The notes beneath the pieces were generated by a model that made no database searches, was not told where the DNA came from, and saw only the letters and a list, made by a program, of their open reading frames with translations. Positions 39,560-51,464 of a stretch of 64,000 bases of DNA are shown in pieces. The stretch is from Eledone cirrhosa. Its lineage: Eukaryota. How positions within the stretch are numbered: the first letter of the stretch is position 1; each line of letters opens with the position of its first letter. A program made the translations under genes and the position numbers. The stretch is taken from positions 225,804,001 through 225,868,000 of the forward strand of contig OZ024740.1 in the NCBI GenBank assembly GCA_964016885.1. Direction: 5' to 3'.

Positions 39560-40060
39560 ATCTTGGCTTTTCATCGAAAAATAAAATACCCAAATAGTAA
39601 TATAGTTGATACCATCGACTATAATTTTCAGAATATTTGACCACCCATAGAACTTTTTAAGCTTCAATATCTAATTTCTCCAAATTGGGTTATGTTTCTA
39701 TGTGTGTCTAGCACTTAGACTAGGGATTGATGCCATCAGTATATGTTCAGAAGGACATTATTCACCAGAAAAATACTTAGTATTCACAAGCATCATACGA
39801 TTTAGCGTGTGTTTACATATGATTGTTAGATCATCTGGTGATTGGTCGGTTTCCTAGAGCAAACATTGAAATGCATCACAGAACTCCAAAAGCCTTGACC
39901 CGGCCCCCGGCATTAATCCCTCTATATCATTAGCATCCATGATAAAATCATCATGGTGCACAACATGCCTATTACTATCTCCAACATTACTAACGCAGTA
40001 AATCTCATTTGTCATTAAAGTAGGTGACAGGAGGACTTCTTATAATCGGTCCCTGTGAAT
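39560..40060 (-). pseudogene. Highly decayed LINE APE-endonuclease fragment (RTE-like)
   Basis: Minus-strand VGDSNRHVV...GSRLLEFCDA resembles the GDFNxHVG...GxRLLEFC motif. Confidence 0.5.
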
Positions 40061-40093
40061 GCAAATGCATATATGTGTGTATAGATATATATC

Positions 40094-40272
40094 TGTTTCT
40101 ACTTTAGGCACAAGGCCAGCAATTACCCAGTTCATTACTGGTACTTTATTTTATCGACCCCGTAAGGATGAAAGGCAAAGTCAACCTCGGCGGGATTTGA
40201 ATTCAGATCGTAAAGGGACGTAACTATGCTGGAAAGCATGGCGTCCGACCCTCTACCGATACTGCCAATCCA
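40094..40272 (-). mobile_element. Family A SINE with TSD AGATATATATC
   Basis: Full motifs and a flanking direct repeat. Confidence 0.9.
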
Positions 40273-40488
40273 AGATATATATCATGATCTAAAAAGGGAT
40301 GTACAAGTTGTTACAGATGGTTCATTGTTAAAGTGAGATTTCCTGTCTATGATAGAGCTGAAGAGCCCTTCCGACCCTTTGTTTGACAGATTTCTGAGGC
40401 TGGATGCCCCTTTAAATGGTGTATTGGAGGATCGTTTAAATAAACAATTAAATATAGGGAGTTTGGCATTTGTCTCTACCTCTCTTCC

Positions 40489-40522
<34 letters not shown>

Positions 40523-40881
40523 AAAAGAGGTTTTTTTAATATATATATACATATATATATATACAAAAGTTTATACACCATCAACGAAGTCATGGTTGCA
40601 GTCAAGCTAAATACAGTTTCGGTGTGTAGCTAAGCACTCTGATAAGGTATATAACCCTAGAGTTATAACATTACGTTTAGACAGCTTTGCAAAATGAAGA
40701 CAGCGACCGATAGAAGGGCCGCAGTGATATATATATATATATATATATTTATAATGTAGGAGGTGAGTTTTATTGTAGTACAATAAAACAATGCAGATAT
40801 CGGATAAGAAATACTCTACAGTTTGTAGGACTGGAGTATACATAATATATAAGATCAAAAGATGGTTAAATGAGTTCCATG

Positions 40882-40952
40882 TATTTTATTATGCGCATTT
40901 CAAAAACAAATATCATCATGCAATAACATTCGTGTTTTCATCAGATAAAATA
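40882..40952 (-). ncRNA. Minimal type I hammerhead ribozyme
   Basis: Same motif as 10656-10726, intact core. Confidence 0.85.
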
Positions 40953-41613
40953 GGAGGACATAATACGAAGGTTAAAAACACTTGTGGATAGTGCAGTTTT
41001 AAATCAGCATATTTGAAGTAGTTTTAGATTGATGTGTGATATTGGGGAAAAAAAAATTATTTTTTTTGGGGGGGGGAGGTTAGAACAGATGAAAAAGAGG
41101 AGGAGATGAGAGTAAAAAGTGTAGGGGGAGGAGTATAATGAGGAAGGATGAGATAGGAGGAGAGATATTATTAAACCCTTAAATATTATTCTTAATACAT
41201 ATTAACAATTTCTTTTCATCGCACATATTATTAAACGCTTCAATATACAAACCTTAACTTTACATTATTTTTCTTTTCGTTAATTTTCAAATTCTTTTAA
41301 TTTATACATTATCTTCCAACGGTTTTTCAACCTCTCTATGTAAAACAATATATCTTTCTCAGTTATAAAAGCTATCTCTCTCTCTCTCTCTCTCTCTCTA
41401 TCACCCATCTCTCCTCCTATCTGATCCTTCCTCATTATACTCCTCCCCCTCCACTTTTTACTCTCATCTCCTCCTCTTTTTCATCCTTTGCAACCTCCCT
41501 CCCCTCAAAAAAATGTTTCCCCAATATCACACATCAATCTAAAACTACTTTTCATATGTTGATTTAAAACTGCACTATCCACAAGTGTTTTTAACCTTCA
41601 TATCATGTCCTCC

Positions 41614-41684
41614 TATTTTATCTGATGAAAACACAAATGTTATTGCATGATGATATTTGTTTTTGAAATGCGCATAATAAAATA
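41614..41684 (+). ncRNA. Minimal type I hammerhead ribozyme
   Basis: TATTTTAT-CTGATGA-...-GAAA-TGCGCA-TA^ATAAAATA. Confidence 0.85.
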
Positions 41685-41754
41685 CATGGAACTCATTTAA
41701 CCATCTTTTGATCTTATATATATATATTTATATATATATATATATATATTTATA

Positions 41755-41831
<77 letters not shown>

Positions 41832-42101
41832 ATATATTAAAATAACAGATTAAAGTTTAAGCAAAGAATCGCTGCTTTCACCCTTATCGATCCTCTTCAG
41901 ATTTTAGTCTTCACATTTATTATTATTACTATATATATATATATACATACATATACATATATATATATGTGTGTGCATGTATGTATATATATATACATAC
42001 TACTGTACGTCTGTATACATATATGTATGTACGTGTACATACTTATATTTAAGTAACAGCCGTACTAAGAGTGGGAAATGAAATTTGGTTTCATTTTTTC
42101 C

Positions 42102-42175
<74 letters not shown>

Positions 42176-42263
42176 CGTTTCTGAAAGCACACAACACACA
42201 CAAAAACAAGATGGCGTAGGACAGAACAAAGGAGAGGCACAAAAATAAAGAAAAGAATACCCA

Positions 42264-42306
42264 GTCACTGAATAGGTCACAGAATGTGTGACGAAAGAAC
42301 TTTGAC
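42264..42306 (+). ncRNA. Hammerhead variant (G8 to U) in a solo pLTR (42173-42463) distantly related to the 8429 pLTR
   Basis: GTCA-CTGAATA-g-gtcaca[gaatg]tgtgac-GAAA-GAAC-TT^TGAC. Helix II differs from the 8647 copy (gttgca/tgcaac) while keeping pairing. Confidence 0.65.
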
Positions 42307-42458
42307 AATATATGAACAATCGTCTGGTTGTGGAACCAACCAACCAACCAACCGGAAATTTATAAATTCCTAAATTTATAAATTTAATTTATAATAAATT
42401 GAAGTAAAAGCAACTGCTGCGTGTGTTTCTTATTGGCAACATGACCCTCCCAAAGCAT

Positions 42459-42556
<98 letters not shown>

Positions 42557-42601
42557 TTATACGATGAAAAATATATTATTCTTACGCTTTACATAGTAGG
42601 A

Positions 42602-42644
42602 AATTGTCTTAACGTTTCGGACGCTAGTCATTCATCAGATAATT
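42602..42644 (-). ncRNA. Minimal hammerhead-like motif
   Basis: AATTAT-CTGATGA-atgac[tagc]gtcc-GAAA-CGT-TA^AGACAATT; helix I imperfect. Confidence 0.6.
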
Positions 42645-42736
42645 GAATGAGAAATAGAAATATTAGACGGGCAGTGGCAGAAACGAAAAAAAAATACTTT
42701 TTAAAGAAAAAACAGATCTTTTCAGGTCGCCATGTC

Positions 42737-43462
42737 TGGCTACCCTAGAGACCTGTTTCTAATATTCCCCGGAAGAGGAAACACCATTGAGAGAGAGGGA
42801 TTGAGCTCATAAAGCGTAAGTTTAAAAAATCTCGGAGAGCGTGGAGATGGTCATCATGAGGGATGACGGTGTAGAGATTTAATGTCCATGATAAAGAGGA
42901 GTCGAGGTGGGCCAGAAGGAGGAGTTAGCCCGTTGAAGGGCATGGTTAGTGTTATGGAGGTGGGAGGGGAAGTGGGTTATTTGGGGGCTAGATCTCTCTC
43001 ATTGGGAATTGCACCTAGAAAGTTTCCCTCCGAGGAACAAGTTCGGGCAAGGTTGTTTTGTGGAAGACAAGCAGTCACTATGAATACCAATTTCCCCTTT
43101 ACACGCCACCCATGTTGTCTAAGGAAAGGCGAAGACCAATACAGGTTGGCACTAGTGACGTCGCAACTCATTTCTACAGCTGATTGAACTAGAGCATCGT
43201 GAAATAAAGTGTCTTGCTCAAGAACACAACGCAAATCCCGGTACGAGATTCGAACTCACAACCTCACGGTGTAAGTCCGACGCTCTAACCACTAAGCCAT
43301 GCGCCTTCATAAGGTATTGGGGGATTACTTCAGTAAGGCAGTTAGAGGCTGAAACGATAGCGCGGCCGAGATTATCAGGATTATATATCTTGGTAAAGAG
43401 GGGTTGCGTACTTATAAGACTAGTAGCAGTAGGGAGTAGTAGAGAAGAAGAGATGAGTTTGC
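42737..43462 (-). pseudogene. Decayed PLE RT fragment related to the 51462 element, split by a SINE
   Basis: KIYNPDNLGRAIVSASNC, MDIKSLYTVIPH, GEY*KQVSRVA. Confidence 0.75.
43075..43310 (-). mobile_element. tRNA-derived SINE with a CORE/V-like central domain (family C)
   Basis: TGGCTTAGTGG A-box, GAGTTCGAATC B-box, TTGTGTTCTTGAGCAAGACACTT. Confidence 0.8.
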
Positions 43463-43507
43463 AAATATATATGTGCACATAGACATATATAGAGAGAGAT
43501 ATACTAA

Positions 43508-43686
43508 ATAATTGTTTCTACTTTTGGCACCAGGCCAGCAAATACCCAGTGCATTACTGGTACTTTATTTTATCGACCCCGTAAGGATGAAAGGCAAAGT
43601 TAACCTCGGCGGGATTCGAACTCAGAATGGCAAGGGCCGTAACTCTATGCGTCAAAGCATGTCCGACACTCTACCGATACTGCCAA
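43508..43686 (-). mobile_element. Family A SINE
   Basis: Full motifs. Confidence 0.9.
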
Positions 43687-43760
43687 AATGATGTTTATGA
43701 TAGAAATATACACACACACATACTCACACACACATAATATATATATATATATATATATAA

Positions 43761-43802
<42 letters not shown>

Positions 43803-45736
43803 TGAGAGAGAGAAGCAACAGAAGCAAAAAACATTCAAATAGTTGGGAAACAAATGTGTAATAAAATATAATTAAAGAAAACTCTATGAGAAACAGAGTA
43901 TTGGATTGACCAGGTCGAAGATACAACGATAATGTCCTGTTGTATTTTTGGTTTACATAAATTTTAATTTGTTATGTCATTTTCTTGTTTTTAAACAGCG
44001 CCATTGTGATGGAAGATAAATCTGTAAATACAAGATATACAAGAGTTTTTTTCCCCAATTTTATACAACATGTAGAACGGGAAAAATTACCAAAACATAT
44101 TGAAAGATATTTTTAAAATGAAAGAAATAAGAAGAGAATTTTCTCTAAAATCGCTGTTAAATTATTTACACATGATCACACACATAAACAGATATCTACA
44201 TACAGTTATCCAATCATTCATACACAATCTTGCCTATGTTTGTACGCACACACGCGATAAAATATACTTCCTCCCTCAGAAAAAAAAACTTACCTGTCAG
44301 CTCAAACCACATCTAATACAAGTACACCGCCCGATTAATGTATGTTATAGATGTCGTTAGCTTTCTTTGCCCATTCAGACAAAATGTTATTTGGGAAAAC
44401 ATATATAAGTGAATGAGACATTTCTCGAGTTTTCTAAAGATTGTCTGGTTTTAGCTTCAACAAACAAAGGTTTGATTGTTCTTTGATCAATTTTGTGACC
44501 AATATCAAAGAGAGCTAGTTTATTTCATGTAAAATACTTCTGTTTAACCATAGAGTGTGCAGTAAATTAGATTTTTCATGTATCTAGATATATGAGGGTC
44601 ACAATTTCTTAAGAATTAACTTTAGTTTATAAAATTAACTTCGACTAAAATTGGCGAAATCCCATGAATCTGGAACAAGTCCTGGCAGATTGAAATCATG
44701 AAGTAGACTAATATATTTATATATTTTGTCTGAACTTTATCGTTTTAGCTATCTCATTATCATTGTTTAACTGCAGCAGCATGTGACAACATCTTCTACC
44801 TATTTCAACTAGTATCTATTATAATTGAGTGATTAGCGCTGGCCACCGAGAGAGGGTTTGAGGCTCCAATCAAGATTTGTACTCACAATGCAAATAGCTG
44901 TAAGAGATATCCTACCAATTTCACCCACGACAATTAATTTTTGTTTGTGAACCCAGAGAAAAAATACGAGTATGTTGACATCAGCAGCATTTGAACTCCA
45001 AATACAAAGAACGGGAACAAACACTCAAAATAATTTTACCAGTTCACCGTATACTGTTTGTCAAATTGTTACTGGCCTTATATACCGTATTTGCTGGCGT
45101 ACAAGGCGACTGGATGTATAAAATGACCCCAAAATTTCAAGTTAAAAAGTAGGTTTTTAGATATATTCGCCGTATATGATGATCCCCTACCCTAGCCCCA
45201 CCCAATCGTATTTAAAATGTATTGTATTGAATTTATTAAATACATTCAATAAGCATATACTTACGTTTCACTCAAATTCTAATGAAAAAGCGGTGGTGAG
45301 ATATTGTCAGTTAACTCCCACAATCTATACCTACCGTTCCCCTACCATAATCTACCCGGTACACTTACCGTTACCCGGTAATGATAACACGGTCATCTGG
45401 TGTAAGCGTAAATACTGGTGACGTCACTTTAAAAAAATACCGGTGTATAAAGGTTAATATTTTATTGACAATTGCTTACAGGAATAACTGCGCATCTCTA
45501 TTTATTCTTGCCAAACGTTTCTTTATATTGGTAGTTAAATGAGAATTGAGCATATCCCACACTAACAGGCTATGTTGATTACTATGTCCCTGTGATCACC
45601 TACTCCATATATTATCAAGCCATATCCTAATCCCTTCTTCATCCATCCAGCCTTTTTTCATTTACATGTACAAGAAGTGGTTAGCATGCTAAACTATGAA
45701 TACCAGTTTATTCCTTGAATTCTTACTGTAAACTGA

Positions 45737-45926
45737 GGCGGTGGATTGACAGTATCGGTAGAGGATCGGACGCCATGCTTTGATGCATAGAGTTACGGCC
45801 CTTGCTATTCTGAGTTCAAATCCCGCCGAGGTTAACTTTGCCTTTCATCCTTACGGGGTCGATAAAATAAAGTACCAGTAATGCATTGGGTAATTACTGG
45901 CCTTGTGCCAAAAGTAGAAACAATTA
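45737..45926 (+). mobile_element. Family A SINE with TSD TACTGTAAAC
   Basis: Full motifs and a flanking direct repeat. Confidence 0.9.
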
Positions 45927-46089
45927 CTACTGTAAACATCTTATATCCTGAACGTTCGAGCAGAGCGCTCTGTCTGGCGAAGCACTTTGAACGACCCAAG
46001 GCTAGCAGTTATTTTGTTTACAGTTTGTGACGATAATTTTGGATTTCTCTCTTGACGAATATACGTTTTATTATCGTTGTACAAACATG

Positions 46090-46474
46090 ATGGTGGAGTG
46101 GCATTATCGATAGAGCGGCTTTTTACGTTCTGAGTTCAAATCCCGCCGAGGTTTGCTTTGCCTTTCATCATTACGGGTTCGATAAAATAAAGTATCAGTA
46201 ACGTTCTGCGGTCGAATCCTTCGATCCCCCCCCCCGCCCTCCATAAATTTCTGGCCTTGTGCCTATATCAGGAACCATTATTGCTGTGCAATCATACCAC
46301 ATATTATATAAGATGAGAGTACTTTTATTACACTACACTTTATTATTTTGTTATAATAATTGTTTCTACGTTTGGCACAAGGCCAGCAATTAACCAGTGC
46401 ATTACTGGTACTTTATTTTATCGACCCTGTAAGGATGAAAGGCAAAGTTAACCTCGGTGGGATTTGAACTCAGA
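46090..46474. mobile_element. Two Meta SINE copies (46090-46280 plus, older; 46358-46474 minus, partial)
   Basis: Meta core and tail. Confidence 0.8.
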
Positions 46475-46574
46475 CAAATAAGGTGAATTAAGTTGTTTCA
46501 GTAGAAAATATTTGTGTCGCTAGTTACCAGACAGTTACCGTCAAAAATCCCCTATGCTAACAACTTAACATAAA

Positions 46575-49500
46575 CTATTCTAGGACGGGTAAAATTCCCG
46601 AGATCCATGGACGAGTTCTCTCCAGCAGTCTCTGTCCCTCATTACCGCTGCCATGTCCTGCGTCTCCAACAGACCAGTGTCTGTCCTTAGGGCATCAACA
46701 TATATTAACCTTGGTCTTCCTCTTCCAGTGTGTCCATATAGGGGCTCCCACAGGAGCACTGAGTGCAGTGTCAACTCCTGATGTCAGTGAGCATGTCCAG
46801 CTAACGTCAGTCTCCTCTGCGTCACTTTGAACTGATTTTTGGGAGGCTCCCATACAGCTCTGAGCTTTTCATCCTCAGTGTATACTTATTAATGTTCAGA
46901 GCCATCCTGAGCTTTCTCGTGTAGCACCCATCCCCCATCTGAGTGAGTTTCTTGGTCAGTGTCCAAGTCTCAGACCCGTACAGCAGCACAGACTCCACTA
47001 CAGCAATGTAGAGGCGGATTTTCAGGTCTTTACGAAGTTCCGCCTTCCACACCGATCTCAAACTGTGGCACGCCGGCCTGGCTTTGCTCTTCCTTTCAAC
47101 CACATCATCTTCCGTATTCCCAATCTTTGCTCCCAAATACAGGAAGTTCTCAACCAATTCTAGCGGCTTCCCGCCTACATTAGTGATCCCCTCTGGCTTC
47201 TCAACATTCTCTACCAGATATTTTGTCTTAGTCTCATTCATTCTCAACCCCACACTCATCGACACAGTCTCAAACTCCTGCATCAAATACTCTGCCTCCT
47301 TCACTGTATTTGCCACCAAAACTATGTCGTCGGAAAATTCAGCATCCGATATCTTTTTCGCCTTAACTCTCCTGCTCTGAGCCGGTACTACAGTAAAGCC
47401 AGAGTCCTGGTGTTTCTCCAGTGCAAGGCGCATACAATAGTCCACTACGATGATACAAAGGTAGGGAGCCAATGTATCTCCCTTGAGCACTCCAGCCAGT
47501 ATCTCAAAGAACTCTGTCATCCCATTAGGTGTAATGACTTGGGCTTTGGTGTTGGTGTAGAGCAGTGATATCAGGTCCACTAGCTTCTTGGGGATTCCAT
47601 AAGCCTGTAAGATCTTCATCAGGCAGTGACGGTCCACGGAATCAAAGGCCTTCCTAAAGTCAATGAAAACCATGACCGCAGGAAGGCACTTTGCTCTAGC
47701 TCCCTCTAATATCCTCCTCAGCATCAGGATGTGACTGGTGGTTGATCTTCCCTCTCTGAGGCCGTTCTGGTTGTCCCTGAGCTTCTTCTCCATCTCAGGC
47801 TGGATCCTGTTAAGAATCATCCTGCTGAGGGTCTTTTCCACAAGTGACGTCAGTGAGATCCTCCTGTAGTTGTTGGTGTTAGAGAGATCTCCCTTCTTTG
47901 GCACTGGGACGATGTTACTGATCCTCCACTGATTCGGGGCAACTCCTTTCTCCAGTGCCTGGTTACAGAACCCCAGGATGATATCATCAACATCATAACT
48001 CTTCCTCACCTATGATGCCACTCCATCTTCTCCATGAGCCTTGCCCTCCTTGGTCTTCTTCATGGCTCTCTAAAGCTCCTCTTTGGTGAAGGGCTCTGTC
48101 TCAAAATCCAGTTCTTCAACCAGCCGCCTGGTCTCACCAGTGCTCTGGGCTGTGGAGGGCGGCTCTCCTAGTAGGGTCCTAAAATGGTCTAGCCATTTCC
48201 TCTTCCTATCCTCAGGCCCTGTTTGCTGGATCTGACTCGAACACCTCTTCCTCCCTGTGATCTCGTTGATGATCATCCAGCGCTCCTTACACCCAGACCT
48301 GTCAACCGCTCTCTCCACACTTCTGATCGTCTCTAACAGTGCCTCCTCTCTGGCCTCAGTGTAAGCGGTACAGAGTTCTTCCCTCATCACTTCCACAGTC
48401 TCCATCCTCTCCTCCGTAGGATCAGCATAGAATTGGTCCTTGGCAATTTCCAGGTGTTCTCTGGTTGCACACACTTTTGGGTCTTCAGAGCTGACGTGCT
48501 TCCTTTTGTTCTTTCTCCTCGGCACCAGGGTCTCACTTGCTTCCGCCACTGCATTGGTGAAGTGCCCGTACCTCCTCGTCACACTCTCCTCAGTCCATCC
48601 AATCTCTCTCTCTCTCATTTGTCTCTCCACGCAGAGCACTGAACCTGTTCCTCACTTCAACTGTAAACCTCCCTGTAGCTTATCATCTTCCTTGAAAGCT
48701 CCTCAGTCATAGATTGCTCTCCGGGGCTGAGCCTTGCTCTTTCTTAAGCTCACCCGGACCTCACTCATAACAAGCCGGTGGTCACTACCCAATGTACTGA
48801 AATAGTTGTATGGATCTGTGTTCAGAACACTATTCCGCCACTTTTTCCTCACCAGAATGAAATCAATCTGGGACTGGACAGGTGCATATCTGAGATGTAG
48901 GTCCACATCTTCCCCGGATTCTTCCTAAACCTTAGGTTGGTCGCTATCAAGTTCACCTCCAGCAGGGTGTCTCTCAGTAGTCTTCCATTTCGGTTGGTGT
49001 TGTTATGGAAGTACCAGCAAAGATCTTCACTGCCCTCCTTACGCAGATGTGCATTGAAGTCCCCCAAAACAAGCAGGATGTTGTGTGCTTGTGTGGCGTT
49101 GACAGCTCTGCACATCTCCTCATGGAACTCTTCCGCACTCACAATACTGTCTCCCTCGGTTGGACTATAGGCTGAGATGACTGTCTGTCTTGGGTTTCCA
49201 TTGAAGGTCACCCGCAACACTCGCGGGGAGACAGGTATTATTTCCCTCAAGAATAGACTGGTTTTTGTGCTTAAAACATAACCCACTCCTCCCACTACAG
49301 CATTGGTCATGTTCCTCACTGCCGATATGGTGACGAGCTCATCTTCCCAATCATCACACTCCTCACGGGCTCATCGTGTAGGATCCTGTGTTCTTGGATC
49401 GCAAGTATCTGTATACCACTCTCCTCGAACAGATGTCCCAACTCCTCTCTCTTCTCTAGTGTCCGAATATTCCTCACATTCAAAGTGCCCATTTTGATGG

Positions 49501-49710
49501 CTCTTCTGCAGGACAAAACTGCATTCTTTATATTTATCTCAGAGACAGCTGATACATCATCCACTGGCCCTTCATGTGGCTCTAAGCCAGCAGAGTCATA
49601 ACGACCAGACTGCTCCTTGACAGTGTAATTAGGGGGTCTAACCCTAGTGCTGTTTGATAGAGTCTCGATATTTCTTTTCAATGGCTGACAATACCTTACC
49701 GGCGCCACTT
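46575..49710 (-). mobile_element. Near-full-length RTE/RTEX-like LINE (APE plus RT), frameshifted
   Basis: GTLNVR, IQEHR, LGDFNAH, QIDFIL, SDHR; NYRRISL, FIDFRKAFDS, GVLKGDTLAP, FSDDI, FLYLG, LLYGSETW, GRGRP. Confidence 0.93.
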
Positions 49711-49965
49711 GAATAATGTAGTTATTTAACCCATAAATGGGGCCCTAACAGGTACTACTACTCCGGGCCAGAGCAGACCTGGGTGTTATGACAACTAAGG
49801 GGTAACTCCACATTCCACACAGCTCCTGAACTCCCGAAATGGAGCCTTGCCACTGGAGTATTTTTATGGGGATATTTTAAGTTTAAAAGGTCACCTTCTA
49901 CGCCGATATATACGGTAGAGATTTTTGTATATCATGCTGAACATTAACTATTTGTAAATGTAAGG

Positions 49966-50405
49966 GTCAGTGGATTGGCAGTATCGGTAGAGCGTCGGGC
50001 AGCATGCTTTGAGGCATAGTTATGGCCATTTACGTTCTCAGTTCAAATCCCGCTGAGATTAGCTTTTCCTAGCCTTACGGAGTCGATAAATAAAGTACCA
50101 GTAATGTAATGGAGTCGATCTAATCGACTTTCCCTTCCCAAAGAATTGTTGACTTTGTGCCTAAATCAGAAATAAATATTTGTGAATATAAGGGCGGTGG
50201 ATTGGCAGTATCGGTAAAGCGTCGGACACCATGCTTCGCAACATAGTTACGTCCCTTGACCGATCTGAGTCCAAATCCCTCTGAGGCTAGCTTTATTTTT
50301 TATCCTTACTGGATCGCTAAAATAAAGTTATTTTAACGTACTAGTATTGATTTGATCGACTTTCTTCTCCCCACAAAAATTGTTGACCTTGTGTCCAAAT
50401 CATAA
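49966..50405 (+). mobile_element. Tandem pair of older Meta SINEs (49966-50175 and 50192-50405) with a longer post-core segment
   Basis: A-box, B-box, core, plus GTCGATCTAATCGACTTTCCC segment. Confidence 0.8.
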
Positions 50406-51035
50406 AGCGTTATACAAACGTCAGATAACATTATTTGTAAATGTATTTAAAATGAATATTAATTGTAAAAATCAAAATGATTCCAGTATTCATATGTAAC
50501 CATATCTTGAATTTTAAAGTCAAGAAATGTTCAACTTTTGACCATAATTAAGAGCAGAATCAATGTTGTGTGGTTTATTATTTGAAATTGGGGTATAATT
50601 AGAACGTCGTTTATATTCCTATACCTATATTATTGTATCTAATTAGATGGTTTTATTTTTCAATATCGAAATGTATGTTCTTAGTAACATCAACGATATA
50701 TTTAAAAAGCTAAATCTCCAAGACATCCCATGACACTTTTACATACATTTCAGGTAAATTATGTTTTTAATATATTCATATCAAACAAGGACGTAAGTGA
50801 ACTGGCCAGTCTTCGACGTAATCATCATCATCATCATGGTTTTTAAGTTCAATTTCCCACAATGGAATTGGTCGGGCGTTAAGTTTTGAGACAATGCTGC
50901 GCAAGTGGATGCTCTTTCTGGTCCCAAACGTTTAATTGCCTATTTCGATATGCAAAGATGTGGTGCATATAATCTAGAAAATGGATGCACATGACATATG
51001 GTTCATTGACTCACCATTTCTCTCTCTCTCTCTCT

Positions 51036-51146
<111 letters not shown>

Positions 51147-51428
51147 AAAGAATAGAGGTGTAACACACAAGTTATTATATATTGGTAAACGGAATAGAAA
51201 ATGCTGACAAATTGTTCACAGTTGAAAAATGGTTTAATTAGGAAAACAGCACGGACACTCTATCTCAAAATTATTTTTGAAAAGCATTTACAAATGCGCA
51301 ACCGGTAAAAACTTAAAAACTTAAAACCACAACTGAATACTAACCCATACAATCACTAATACTCTTTTATTCCTAATTAAACCATTTTTCAACTGTGAAC
51401 AATTTGTCAGCATTTTCTATTCCGTTTA

Positions 51429-51461
<33 letters not shown>

Positions 51462-51464
<3 letters not shown>

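Larger units (their letters stand above)
40755..41720. mobile_element. ORF-less head-to-head pLTR element (arms 40846-41166 and 41407-41720)
   Basis: ~320-bp inverted arms, 240-bp spacer, an HHR in each arm, (TA)n flanks. Confidence 0.85.
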
